Positions 25,555-34,983 of a stretch of DNA of 64,000 nucleotides are shown here, piece by piece. The stretch is from Terriglobales bacterium (lineage in GTDB: Bacteria; Acidobacteriota; Terriglobia; Terriglobales; Acidobacteriaceae), in NCBI GenBank assembly GCA_049511995.1, contig JBEKXO010000009.1:2333-66332 (forward strand). The letters run 5' to 3'. The notes under the pieces are model-generated. The model saw only the letters and a program-made list of their open reading frames with translations, searched no databases and was not told where the DNA came from. Numbering within the stretch: position 1 is the first letter of the stretch; each line of letters opens with the position of its first letter. Both the position numbers and the translations under genes were made by a program.

Positions 25555-25854
25555 GTGAAATCAAACCGATTGGTAATTGCGACATTGATGTGTGGCTGCC
25601 TGGCTCTTTCTTCACTCTCTTTCGCTGCCGATGGAGCGGCCACCTACAAAGGTAAGTGTGCGATGTGTCACGGAGCGGAAGGCCAAGGCAAGGTTGGTCC
25701 CGCACTCAAGGGAACCAGCCTCAGCTCTGATCAGATCGTAGCGGTTCTCACCACCGGCGATGAAAGCAAGAAGGCGCCGCACAAGAAACCGCTAAGCGGT
25801 CTTTCTGCTGATGATGCGAAATCTGTAGCCGACTACGTCAAGAGCTTGAAATAG
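25555..25854 (+). CDS. small class I c-type cytochrome
   Basis: It has a signal peptide and a single CAMCH haem-binding motif. The start is GTG after AGAGGAG. Confidence 0.85.
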   Translation: MKSNRLVIATLMCGCLALSSLSFAADGAATYKGKCAMCHGAEGQGKVGPALKGTSLSSDQIVAVLTTGDESKKAPHKKPLSGLSADDAKSVADYVKSLK

Positions 25855-25874
25855 GTTGATTGCGATTCGAAACG

Positions 25875-25898
25875 GCGTCCCGGCGATCGCCGGGGCGC
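25875..25898 (+). terminator. GC-rich hairpin after the cytochrome c gene
   Basis: GCGTCCCGGCGA/TCGCCGGGGCGC forms a stem of about 10-12 bp with one G-U pair. The T-tract (TT) is weak. Confidence 0.5.
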
Positions 25899-26078
25899 TT
25901 CCAGATTGAGCCCGCCTGAGGATTACTTCGCGACTTGAGCGATGGTGAAGGAGTCCGCTCTAGTACAATGCTCTGTCGCGGAGGAATGCCGGCCAAGCCG
26001 TACTACGGCCAAACGAATTCGCGCTGATTTTTCCTATTCCTCGCCCGCCAAGGGCAAAGCAAGAAAAGAGGCGAAAAG

Positions 26079-26561
26079 ATGAGAGGCGACGCAAAAGTTA
26101 TTGCCATTCTGAATGAAGTGCTTAAGGCCGAGCTCACCGCGATCAACCAATATTTTCTTCACGCCGAAATGTGCGAGAACTGGGGCTACCAGCGGATGGC
26201 CAAGCAGATTCGGAAAGAATCGATCGAGGAGATGCAGCATGCCGAGATCCTGATGGAGCGCATCCTCTACCTCGATGGCGCTCCCAATATGTCTGACTAT
26301 TTCAAGATCAATATCGGGCAAACCGTGAAAGCGCAATTGGAAAACGATCTGGAACTCGAATACACGGCGGTGAAGCGCCTGAACGAGGGCATCAAGGCGA
26401 GCGTGGCCAGCGGCGATAACGGATCGCGCGAGTTGCTGGAGAAGATACTGCTGGACGAAGAACATCATATCGATTGGTTGGAAGGACAGCTGCACGCAAT
26501 CAAAGAGATGACCTACGAGAACTATCTCGCGCAGCAGTTGTATAAGCCCGAGGAGAGCTAG
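26079..26561 (+). CDS. bfr: bacterioferritin
   Basis: MRGDAKVIAILNEVLKAELTAINQYFLHAEMCENWGY...EEHHIDWLE is the canonical Bfr sequence, including the haem-ligand Met region and the di-iron ligands. Confidence 0.93.
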   Translation: MRGDAKVIAILNEVLKAELTAINQYFLHAEMCENWGYQRMAKQIRKESIEEMQHAEILMERILYLDGAPNMSDYFKINIGQTVKAQLENDLELEYTAVKRLNEGIKASVASGDNGSRELLEKILLDEEHHIDWLEGQLHAIKEMTYENYLAQQLYKPEES

Positions 26562-26745
26562 AGGCGGAAGAACGGCGACGGTGAGACCGTCTCAGACAAT
26601 ACCCGATCAGCACTCGACAACTAAATCAGCCGGGGGCAGACTTCGAAGTAGCCGCAGGATCGTGCTGTGGTTGAAGTCCGGCCGTTCGGCGGGAGCCGGG
26701 GTGTGTACAATATCGACAGGAATTTCTAGAGAGTAAGCGGCAGAC

Positions 26746-26835
26746 GGAGAGATGGCCGAGTGGCTGAAGGCGCACGCTTGGAAAGCGTGTTTAGGGGAAA
26801 CTCTAACGTGGGTTCGAATCCCACTCTCTCCGCCA
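26746..26835 (+). tRNA. tRNA-Ser (anticodon GGA), CCA encoded
   Basis: GGAGAGA pairs with TCTCTCC as the acceptor stem. The anticodon stem is CACGC/GCGTG with loop TTGGAAA. There is a long variable arm (TTTAGGGGAAACTCTAAC), a T-arm GTGGG-TTCGAAT-CCCAC, discriminator G and CCA. Confidence 0.93.
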
Positions 26836-26912
26836 TCGCAGCCAAACATGCGGGTTCCGCGAGCCTGTTACTATTTTTGAGCGGTTCCTGTTACTAAAAT
26901 CGTGAGATTACG

Positions 26913-27407
26913 ATGATGACCAACGCAATCCCAACGCAAAATGCGGCCAATCAGCCGTCCGCGGCAAATGGACTGGCAATAGTTCGGGTGACCATCGGTG
27001 CGATGTTGGTGTGGGTTTTCTTCGAAAACCTGGGGAAGGGTCTCTACACTCCTGGGGGCTACGCTGGCCTGATTAACTATTACATCAAATCGAGTCACTC
27101 GCCGGCTGCGTGGAAGGCGGTGATGGCTTTGGCGGCGAGTCACGCTGCGATGGCCGCTCCTATGCAGGCGGCGACCGAGATCGGTCTCGGGATCGTGCTC
27201 GTCATCGGATTGCTGACGCGTCCGGCCGCGTTTATAGCATTTCTGTATCTGGGTAGCCTTTGGGTGTCGGAGTGGGGCACGGCGTGGATCTGGGAGTTGC
27301 TGGTTCCGGTGATGGCAGCGCTGGGGGTCGCGGTGGGACGAGCCGGTCGAACGTGGGGTGTCGACGCTTTGCTGGCGCGGCGCTGGCCATCGTCTCCATG
27401 GTGGTGA
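26913..27407 (+). CDS. DoxX/DoxD-like membrane protein
   Basis: The 164-aa protein has four hydrophobic segments and a DoxX-like N-terminus (LAIVRVTIGAMLVWVFFENL). Confidence 0.6.
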   Translation: MMTNAIPTQNAANQPSAANGLAIVRVTIGAMLVWVFFENLGKGLYTPGGYAGLINYYIKSSHSPAAWKAVMALAASHAAMAAPMQAATEIGLGIVLVIGLLTRPAAFIAFLYLGSLWVSEWGTAWIWELLVPVMAALGVAVGRAGRTWGVDALLARRWPSSPWW

Positions 27408-27422
27408 CTTGAGCGTGTTGAC

Positions 27423-28160
27423 TTGAACCCTGTGACCCCGAGCGAAGATCGCGTGCGAGTTTCGGTCGTCATTCCCACGCACAATGAAGCGCAATCCATC
27501 GGGCACGTCTTAGCCGACCTCCCGGCCAATATTGTTAGTGAAGTCCTGGTTGTCGATAGCAATTCGACCGACGGGACTCCCGAGATCGCTGCAAAGATGG
27601 GAGCCCGCGTTCTCCGTGAACCCCGCCGCGGATACGGCCGAGCTTGTTTGACCGGACTCGCAAGTGCGAGTGCTCCTGATGTGGTCGTCTTCCTCGACGG
27701 CGACTATAGCGATCGACCGGCTGAGCTGCCGCTTCTTTTGGCTCCCATCATCGAGGGCCGTGCCGACATCACGCTGGGCTCGCGCCTGGGAAAGCGTAGC
27801 GCTCGTGGGGCATTGCCTTGGCATCAGGCGTTTGGTAACCGCCTGGCGGCTTTCCTGATCAGGCTTTTGTATGGTCTGAGGATAAGCGATCTTGGACCGT
27901 TCCGCGCCGCGCGAGCCGATGTCCTGCGCCGGCTTGAGCTGCAGGAGACGACTTATGGCTGGGCGGTTGAAATAATTCTGAAGGGTACGCTCGGGGGATT
28001 CCGCATCGTTGAAGTACCGGTGAGTTATTATCCGCGCATTGGAAAATCGAAGATTAGCGGCACACTGAGGGGCACAGTCGGAGCGGCGTGGTTCATCCTA
28101 TCGCTGATCGTGCGATATTATTTTCGGCATCGAAGGGCCGGAGTACCACGGCCCGCGTGA
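27423..28160 (+). CDS. family 2 glycosyltransferase (polyprenyl-phosphate sugar synthase-like)
   Basis: VSVVIPTHNEAQSI...VVDSNSTDGT...FLDGDYS shows the GT-A DxD pattern. There is a C-terminal TM. Confidence 0.85.
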   Translation: MNPVTPSEDRVRVSVVIPTHNEAQSIGHVLADLPANIVSEVLVVDSNSTDGTPEIAAKMGARVLREPRRGYGRACLTGLASASAPDVVVFLDGDYSDRPAELPLLLAPIIEGRADITLGSRLGKRSARGALPWHQAFGNRLAAFLIRLLYGLRISDLGPFRAARADVLRRLELQETTYGWAVEIILKGTLGGFRIVEVPVSYYPRIGKSKISGTLRGTVGAAWFILSLIVRYYFRHRRAGVPRPA

Positions 28161-28182
28161 GTTTTGGCACGGCAATCTGCCT

Positions 28183-28926
28183 ATGGGATCTTTTGGCAAA
28201 CATACAGTCCATTCGGCGAACGGGAGTCGCACGCTGGTTGTTATGGCAAAAGCCCCCAGGCCAGGCAAGGTGAAGACGCGTTTAACGCAGAGCCTTCGAG
28301 TCGAAGCAGTCACCGAACTCTATCGCTGTTTGCTGAATGACACATTGGATCTGGCGCGATCTTTGAGCGCATTGTCAGGCGCCGTGGAAGTTAGCATTAT
28401 GTGTCCAGCTTCGGATGTCGAGGAGCTAACGCGATTGACCCAGCGTGTCGTCGGTGTGGTGGCGCAGAATGGGGAGGGCCTCGCGGCAGGGCTGACCTCG
28501 GTGTTTGCACACTTCGCGGCTTCCGGCCAGCAACGCGTGGTTGCTTTCAACAGCGATAGCCCGCATCTGCCGGCTTCGGTTCTTGGGAGCGCGTTCGAGG
28601 CACTCGACCGGCACGACGTGGTGGTTGGACCGACACACGATGGCGGCTATTACCTGGTCGGGGCGAAGGCCGCCCATCCAGCGCTTTTCGACGGGGACGG
28701 CATGGGCACGAAGAGCGCGCTTGAGGCCCTGCTGGCGCGCGCTCGCGGGCTGCAACTTTCCGTTGGCTTCACGGAGCCCTTCTACGACATCGACGTGGAG
28801 GACGACTTAACCCGGCTTGCCGCGGAACTGCGGCTCGTTCCGGCGAGGGCGCCACGAACGGCGGCGTGGTTGGCGGAGTGGCAGCAAGCGGTCGCGCAGA
28901 TGCGGCCGAGCGCCGGAGATTTGTGA
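28183..28926 (+). CDS. DUF2064 / TIGR04282-type nucleotidyl- or glycosyl-transferase-like protein
   Basis: The N-terminal signature is LVVMAKAPRPGKVKTRL. The protein also contains DGGYYLVG. Confidence 0.8.
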   Translation: MGSFGKHTVHSANGSRTLVVMAKAPRPGKVKTRLTQSLRVEAVTELYRCLLNDTLDLARSLSALSGAVEVSIMCPASDVEELTRLTQRVVGVVAQNGEGLAAGLTSVFAHFAASGQQRVVAFNSDSPHLPASVLGSAFEALDRHDVVVGPTHDGGYYLVGAKAAHPALFDGDGMGTKSALEALLARARGLQLSVGFTEPFYDIDVEDDLTRLAAELRLVPARAPRTAAWLAEWQQAVAQMRPSAGDL

Positions 28927-30203
28927 AGCTCACGCCATCCCGCAGAGTGTATGCCTTCGGCGTCGTCATGCTCGTGGCGCTGACGATCTGCTCACGTCAG
29001 CTAAGCGGGCGGGGTGGGCCGCCGTTCCTCATTTTGCTTGGGATTGCTGGCATTGCATATCTCTTCGCCATCCGTGAGTTCTTCTCGACTCCGGAATTTC
29101 CGCGCCGTGTGTTTTTCTGCGGGCTTGCATTGGCTGCTCTGTGGCATCTTCCATTTTTGCTGACGCCGCCCGGCCTGGATGATGACATTCATCGATATGT
29201 TTGGGATGGCCGCGTGCAACGGCTCGGCTATAACCCTTATGTTGTCGTTCCGAGCGATCCTGCCCTGGCGTGGTTGCATACACCCGAGACCCGCACGCTG
29301 AACAACCCGGACTTACCGAGCCCATATCCAGCGGGCGCGGAGCTTTTCTTTCGCGCCGTAACCGCGATTCATGAGTCTGTCTTTGCGTTGAAGGTGGCAT
29401 TTGTAATTTGCGATTTCGTGATCGTTCTCGTTTTGCTTGATATCTTGCGTAGCAGTCGGCAAGGAGCGCACTGGGTTCTGGCTTATGCATGGAACCCGCT
29501 GCTGGCGACAGAAGTGGCCTGGAGCGGTCACATTGATATTGTCGGCGTGTTGCTGCTGTTGTTGTCTTTCGCCGCGCTCGGACGGCGCTGGCGTGCGCTT
29601 GCTGCTCTGGCATTCGGGCTGGCCGTTGCAGTGAAATTGCTTCCGATTGTGTTGCTGCCACTTTACTGGAAGCGAGTTCGTATACGGGATGGGGTGCTGG
29701 CGGCCGCTGTGGTCGCGCTCATGTACATACCCTTCTTAAATCACGGTCGGATTCCGATCGGTTCGCTCGCCACTTATGTGCGGAGTTTCCGCTTTAACGA
29801 TCCGGTGTTTGCAACGATCGAGCGAGTGACGGCTCCGCAGTTTGCCGCCGTCCTGGCAGTGCTAGTCGGTTTTCTTATCGCACTCTGGCTGAGAAGAAAG
29901 TCCGCGGCATGGTCGCCGGATGCATTTGCTTGGCCGATGGCGGCATCGCTTTTATGTGCGCCGGTCGTATATCCGTGGTACCTGCTCTGGCTGCTGCCGT
30001 TCGTGCGGTCGGCCTCGACGACGCCGATCATCATCTGGACCGTCAGCATCATCCCAACCTATTACGTGTGGTATCTGCGCACTCTGCATCGTCCGTGGAT
30101 CGTTCCCGGCTGGATCATGCTGCTGGAATACGGATGTGTGGCAATTGCTGGTGCAATGATCGGGTTTCGACGACGTGCGGTTACCCCGGGTGCACCGGGC
30201 TAG
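28923..30203 (+). CDS. polytopic membrane protein, DUF2029/GT-C-like glycosyltransferase
   Basis: GTG 28923 overlaps the upstream stop (GTGA). There are about 10 TM segments and an early DDDIHRYVWDG loop typical of GT-C/PMT-like mannosyltransferases. Confidence 0.7.
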   Translation: MKLTPSRRVYAFGVVMLVALTICSRQLSGRGGPPFLILLGIAGIAYLFAIREFFSTPEFPRRVFFCGLALAALWHLPFLLTPPGLDDDIHRYVWDGRVQRLGYNPYVVVPSDPALAWLHTPETRTLNNPDLPSPYPAGAELFFRAVTAIHESVFALKVAFVICDFVIVLVLLDILRSSRQGAHWVLAYAWNPLLATEVAWSGHIDIVGVLLLLLSFAALGRRWRALAALAFGLAVAVKLLPIVLLPLYWKRVRIRDGVLAAAVVALMYIPFLNHGRIPIGSLATYVRSFRFNDPVFATIERVTAPQFAAVLAVLVGFLIALWLRRKSAAWSPDAFAWPMAASLLCAPVVYPWYLLWLLPFVRSASTTPIIIWTVSIIPTYYVWYLRTLHRPWIVPGWIMLLEYGCVAIAGAMIGFRRRAVTPGAPG

Positions 30204-30296
30204 GCGTCCCTTGCGTCTCTCGCGATTCCTGCATCCGGAAGCCTTGGCTCGTCATCCTAACTCAACATCCGTTCAATTCACCGAGGAGCAACCTCC

Positions 30297-31034
30297 ATGA
30301 CAAAAGTGAGTCGTACAACGATCATCCGTTTTCTGGCGTTTGGGGTAGTGGCCCTTGCTGCAACCGCGTGGGCGCAGAATCGTCCGCCCATTCTCGATAA
30401 GATCGCCAAAACATATGGTCTCGATTCCTACGGGCAAGTCGAGGCGATCCGTTATACATGGAACGGGGAAATCACCGGACTTTTCAAAGCTGCTCACGCG
30501 TGGGAGTGGGAGCCCAAGACCGGCAAGGTTTCCTTTGCGGGAACGGACAAAGACGGCAAGCCGGTGAAGGTCACTTACATGCGGTCCGAGCTCAGCAGCC
30601 AGCCCGACAATGTGAAAAATCAAATCGAACCGGCTTTCGTCAACGATAACTATTGGCTTCTCTTCCCGCTACACGCTTACTGGGACACTAGCGCCACCGT
30701 GACCGATGAGGGCATGCAAAAAGTACCCTCAGGTAAGGGGACTGCCGAGAAGGTCGTGGTGAAGTATGCCCCGGAGGTCGGTGGTTACACTCCCGGCGAT
30801 ACCTGGGAACTCTACGTCGGCAAAGACGACCGGGTCGAGTATCTCGTCTTCCACCACGGCGGGGACAAGAAGCCGAGCGTCGTCACTGCGACCTGGACAG
30901 GGTACAAAAAGGCCGGCCCACTGCAGATCTCGACCGAGCACCGCGGCAGCGCCGATGGCAAGCCGCTGCACATCTCCATTTCTAACCTGGCAGTAAAAGT
31001 GACGGGCTCAGACAAATGGATCGACGCGAAATAG
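30297..31034 (+). CDS. hypothetical secreted protein
   Basis: It has a signal peptide (FLAFGVVALAATAWAQ). I recognise no family. Confidence 0.65.
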   Translation: MTKVSRTTIIRFLAFGVVALAATAWAQNRPPILDKIAKTYGLDSYGQVEAIRYTWNGEITGLFKAAHAWEWEPKTGKVSFAGTDKDGKPVKVTYMRSELSSQPDNVKNQIEPAFVNDNYWLLFPLHAYWDTSATVTDEGMQKVPSGKGTAEKVVVKYAPEVGGYTPGDTWELYVGKDDRVEYLVFHHGGDKKPSVVTATWTGYKKAGPLQISTEHRGSADGKPLHISISNLAVKVTGSDKWIDAK

Positions 31035-31157
31035 ACGGACGCGCAAACAGACAGCGGATTGGCTGATTTCGAGAATTGATTTGGTTATTCACGAGTCAGC
31101 CTCTCTCGCAACCAATTCCGTATGGGTTCGATAAGCATACTGGAGGGAGGACGCCGC

Positions 31158-31679
31158 ATGAGAGGGATTGCTTATTTGCTGGTTGCAGTTACAGCGGTGG
31201 CCGGCGTTATCGTCAGTTCGGCCCGCGCGTCTGGACATGCCGATGAAGCGGCCGCCCCGCTCTTCGGAATCAAAATTCCGCCCGGATACCGCGACTGGAA
31301 GCTAATCTCTGTTGCCCACGAAGAAGGCAACCTCAACGATTTGCGCGCCATTCTGGGCAACGACGTAGCGATCGAGGCCTACCGGAAAGGGAAGCTTCCC
31401 TTCCCCGACGGCACAATCATCGCCCGGCTAGCGTGGAGTTACGTTCCATCTGAGGAAAACGACAAAGTCTTTGGCCGTGCCCAATCTTTCGTGGCCGGGT
31501 CCGCCACGAACGTTCAGTTTATGGTCAAGGACTCAATAAAATATGCTGCGACGGGTGGCTGGGGGTTTGCTCAATTCAAAGACGGCAAACCTGCTGATGA
31601 GGCGCTGCTCAAAACCTGCTTCCCCTGTCACGTGCCTGTCAAAGCTCGCGACTTTGTCTTCACTCGTTACGCACCTTAA
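31158..31679 (+). CDS. cytochrome P460 family protein
   Basis: The start ATG 31158 follows GGAGGGAGG. A signal peptide is followed by PPGYRDWKLISV, PFPDGTIIA, GGWGFAQF and a C-terminal CFPCH haem motif followed by DFVFTRY. Confidence 0.8.
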   Translation: MRGIAYLLVAVTAVAGVIVSSARASGHADEAAAPLFGIKIPPGYRDWKLISVAHEEGNLNDLRAILGNDVAIEAYRKGKLPFPDGTIIARLAWSYVPSEENDKVFGRAQSFVAGSATNVQFMVKDSIKYAATGGWGFAQFKDGKPADEALLKTCFPCHVPVKARDFVFTRYAP

Positions 31680-31698
31680 TACCGACAGCATTAGATCT

Positions 31699-32355
31699 CT
31701 ACGCGGGGATCAGCAGCATAAAGGCAGCGGTGACGATGAGCGCCACGGCCCAGATCACGTCCAAATTCACCCAGGTTTTTCGCAGTATGTCGAGCCCCAG
31801 CTTTTCATAGACCAGGAACGCGATCAGCCCGGTGACGAGAAGATAACCGAGCGTATGGACAAGCAAGGCGACTGGCGCGGTCGAGGGTTTGGCAAAACCG
31901 AACGCGTGGAGATGGCGAGCAGAATCGCCGGCCGTCGCGTGGAGCGCTGACATTTTCAGCAAGATGGGCAGCAGCATGAAGCCGGCGCCGTGAGCGGACG
32001 CCATCAGGAAGGACCAAATAGCCAGATCGCGAAAACCGATTTGCATTCCGCCCCAACGTGGATGGCTCTTCCGGATTAGCCTTTGAAGACCAAAGGCAAG
32101 AAGAACGCCAGCGGCGGCTATCTTGACGTATAGCAAGGGCAACACTGCCCCGGCAATCAAGGCTGCGGCCACTACGAGTCCAATCGATACAAAATGTCCT
32201 ACAGCAATCGGCACGAGCGCTTGCCATACCGCGGAGGCGCTCTTTTTCTGCATTCCAAGAGCGACAGCAAAAAGCCATCCCATCCCTGGATTGACGCCGT
32301 GGTAGGCCCCGAGCAGAAACAATGCGGCCCAGGGCCAGAGCGGAAAATGGCTCAT
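31699..32355 (-). CDS. polytopic membrane protein of unknown function (weak NicO/RcnA-like H-x3-PG motif)
   Basis: The 218-aa protein has about 6 TM segments. It contains YHGVNPGMGW and ASAHGAGF. Its start overlaps the stop of the upstream SBP56 gene (ATGA). Confidence 0.7.
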   Translation of the reverse strand: MSHFPLWPWAALFLLGAYHGVNPGMGWLFAVALGMQKKSASAVWQALVPIAVGHFVSIGLVVAAALIAGAVLPLLYVKIAAAGVLLAFGLQRLIRKSHPRWGGMQIGFRDLAIWSFLMASAHGAGFMLLPILLKMSALHATAGDSARHLHAFGFAKPSTAPVALLVHTLGYLLVTGLIAFLVYEKLGLDILRKTWVNLDVIWAVALIVTAAFMLLIPA

Positions 32356-33746
32356 GAGTAGCAGTAAGAATCGGACGAGGCGTCGCCACCCTCCAGACGG
32401 ACTTGATGGCCGCGCAGATCGCCGAATTCAAGAAAGAATTTCGGGTCGATCTCCATGCCGCCCTCGGGCTTGGCATCGAGCTTTACCATCCAGCTCTCAA
32501 TTCCGTCGGGATAGAACTGCGCGTCCCACGGTGCATAAAGGGAGTTGGTGAAATAGACGCGACGTCCATCGCGGCTCACCTCCACCATCTGCGGGCCGCC
32601 GTTGAGAGGGGCGCTGGGATTCTTCGGATGTCCAGCGCGGCGCACGATACCACCCAGATGCACGGAACCTGTCTTTTTGGGATGGAAAGGGTCGGACACG
32701 TCGTATTGCAGAAATTCACCGGTTCCCCAGCAGGAAATGTAAAGGAAGCGGTCGTCGAGTGACAGATTGATGTCCGTGATGAGTGGCGGCACGGCCTTGA
32801 ATCCCTTGAGCAACGGCGGCAGCTTTTCGGGATCGGCGGCCTCGGCGGGAATATCGATCACCTTGGTCACGCCCCATTTGCCATTGTCACGATGCCAAAC
32901 CCAAATGGAAGCGGACAAATCTTTCAGCGATACCACCACGCCAAGAAATCCGTAGGCGCGGCTCGGATCGTGTGCCGGGCGAAGTTCGAGAGCCATCTGG
33001 TACTCGGAGCCCAAATCCAATGTCTGAAGGTGACGGCGCTTTCGCAGATCCCACACATGCAGCGAGTGGCCGTAGCCGCCCTTCAAAAGAATTTCTGGGT
33101 TCACGCCGTTTTCCACCATGTTGGGCGTCCCCCACTCGCTACTGATCATGGTGTCAAAGCCCAAATGCCACCAGAAGTCGTACGCCAGAAATTGCGGCCC
33201 GCGGTCGATTTCCCATTTCCCCAGAATCTCAAAGCTATCCGGATCCATGACGAAAATTCCGCCCGGGCCCTCTCCCGTTGTTGAGCCAAGCGCGCTGCAG
33301 AAAATTCCCTCAGGACCACAGTGCACGGTATGAGGCCGGCTATAGCCTGCACGTTCAGCGAGGACGCTCGGTTCAATCACCTTGACGATTTTCGGATTTC
33401 GCGGATCGGGTTTCGTATCAATGATATGGATTCGCGAAGACTTGATGCCCGGCACGATCAAATAGCGCCGCTCCGTATGCGGATGTGGCATGTATGGGCA
33501 GAGGCAAGCGCTGCAGGCATTCCAACCGAAGTGGTGCAATTCGTCGCCGGGGTTGGGCATGTCCACGCGCCCGACCAGTCCACCGTAAGTCGTGGACGCC
33601 GGGTCCACGTCGACGACACCAAGGGCGTCGGGACGGCCGTTGTCTCCCGCGTTGAGCATGGCCACAAATGCCAGTTTTTCAGGGGGCGCCTTCATCGCCA
33701 TTCTCGGTGACGGGTAAAAGGTCGGGTCAGGCTTCCAAAGTTCCAC
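32352..33746 (-). CDS. selenium-binding protein (SBP56) family / methanethiol-oxidase-like, no signal peptide
   Basis: The full-length beta-propeller resembles SBP56 (PDPTFYPSPRMAMKAPPEKLAFVAMLN, HHFGWNACSAC, HTVHCGPEG). The RBS is GAGGAGA. Confidence 0.85.
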   Translation of the reverse strand: MELWKPDPTFYPSPRMAMKAPPEKLAFVAMLNAGDNGRPDALGVVDVDPASTTYGGLVGRVDMPNPGDELHHFGWNACSACLCPYMPHPHTERRYLIVPGIKSSRIHIIDTKPDPRNPKIVKVIEPSVLAERAGYSRPHTVHCGPEGIFCSALGSTTGEGPGGIFVMDPDSFEILGKWEIDRGPQFLAYDFWWHLGFDTMISSEWGTPNMVENGVNPEILLKGGYGHSLHVWDLRKRRHLQTLDLGSEYQMALELRPAHDPSRAYGFLGVVVSLKDLSASIWVWHRDNGKWGVTKVIDIPAEAADPEKLPPLLKGFKAVPPLITDINLSLDDRFLYISCWGTGEFLQYDVSDPFHPKKTGSVHLGGIVRRAGHPKNPSAPLNGGPQMVEVSRDGRRVYFTNSLYAPWDAQFYPDGIESWMVKLDAKPEGGMEIDPKFFLEFGDLRGHQVRLEGGDASSDSYCYS

Positions 33747-33768
33747 GGTTGTCTCCTCTGCTGAAAAT

Positions 33769-33859
33769 TGGTCGTTGATCGTCGGTCGTTAGTGGTCGGT
33801 CGTTAGGCAACCATCGCCCGGTCGACGCGTTTTTGCCAACGACTAACGACCATCGACTA
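33769..33859. repeat. inverted pair of heptamer arrays (GTCGT / ACGAC type)
   Basis: TGGTCGT TGATCGT CGGTCGT TAGTGGT CGGTCGT TAGG faces CCAACGA CTAACGA CCATCGA CTA. The right arm contains the transglutaminase gene stop. Confidence 0.8.
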
Positions 33860-34972
33860 TTTCGTGATCTCGGCATACGTGAATTCGCGCGTCCAATCGG
33901 CAGACTGTTTGCCGTCCACTTCGACGTAGATTTTCACGAGCGAATTCACCGGCCCATCATTCTGCGGCGGCTGCATGATCAGGTCGCGCCCCATCGACCA
34001 GGTTACGCGTCTCTCATCGAGGTTCCCGAAGTAATAGTCAACTTTGCTTGGATCGAGACCCTTGTAACCGGTTGCGGTTGTCAACTCGACGAGCTTTTTA
34101 TTTTTATCTGTGACTGGGAACTCTTTGCCATAGATATTCGCGAGCGAAACGTCGAGCGGCAGCCAGCCGTAGTTAGGCGCGAAGAACTGGATCCAGCAGT
34201 GATAGCTTCCGTCGATTTGGATGCCATTCAAGGTGGGCTTTAGAAGCGAACCGTAGACCATGCGGGTGGGAATACCAGCCGCCATGGACAGCGATGCAAA
34301 AAGCGAATGAAAATCGGTGCAGTTCCCGGTTTTTGTCCTGAGGCAATATTCCGTGCTGCCCACCGAGGACGCCTTCAGGTGGTCGGGATCCTTCACCCAG
34401 TAATCCACGTTTTCGAGCGTCCAGTTGTAGATCTTTCGAGCGGCGAGAATGGGGTTGGTTTCCCCGCCGACGAGCGAAGCGGAAAGCGTCTTTATCTGAT
34501 CGTTGACGATGACGTGGCTCGAAGGTTGCAGATACGCGAAGAGCGCAGCGCGTTCCTGATCCGTCAGCGGACGCGTCCTGGCTGGGTCAATGTCGTTGCG
34601 CGTCTCAGTGCGCGTCAGTCCAAACGATTCGCGGATCGTGATCGGGCCTTCGGCGGGGGCGTTGACCTCCGCATATCCTACGCGATTTCCCCAATCGTCC
34701 CGGTAATAGTGGACTGGAAAATCGGCGGCGACGCTGAATTCACGAATCACAGACACGGCGTCTTCCTGCGGAACGCTGAACCACATGCGCACCGTCTTGG
34801 CCCCCTTCGGCACTTGCACTTTGAATTCATTTCTTACCTGGAACGACGCCTGCTTTGGTTGCGTCGGCTTGGAGACATCGCCACCAAACGCGCGGACGGC
34901 GATTCCTATCGCAAGGCTGGCCGCCACGAAGCTCAAAAAGATGGGCTTGATTCGAATCGGCTGAGAATGCAT
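33857..34972 (-). CDS. secreted transglutaminase-like cysteine protease-fold protein
   Basis: The core motif is TGNCTDFHSLFASLSMAAGIPTRMVYG, with downstream H and D. There is a signal peptide. The preferred start is ATG 34972 after GAAGGAAG (the track start is 35002). Confidence 0.85.
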   Translation of the reverse strand: MHSQPIRIKPIFLSFVAASLAIGIAVRAFGGDVSKPTQPKQASFQVRNEFKVQVPKGAKTVRMWFSVPQEDAVSVIREFSVAADFPVHYYRDDWGNRVGYAEVNAPAEGPITIRESFGLTRTETRNDIDPARTRPLTDQERAALFAYLQPSSHVIVNDQIKTLSASLVGGETNPILAARKIYNWTLENVDYWVKDPDHLKASSVGSTEYCLRTKTGNCTDFHSLFASLSMAAGIPTRMVYGSLLKPTLNGIQIDGSYHCWIQFFAPNYGWLPLDVSLANIYGKEFPVTDKNKKLVELTTATGYKGLDPSKVDYYFGNLDERRVTWSMGRDLIMQPPQNDGPVNSLVKIYVEVDGKQSADWTREFTYAEITK

Positions 34973-34983
34973 GGCTTCCTTCT

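Noticed and set aside
26607-26849. 80-aa minus-strand ORF
   Set aside because: It overlaps the well-formed tRNA-Ser(GGA) gene on the opposite strand.
26836-33750. tRNA-Ser-associated genomic island
   Set aside because: I saw no integrase or recombinase, no obvious direct repeat of the tRNA 3' end, and no clear compositional break by eye. A proper repeat search could revisit this.
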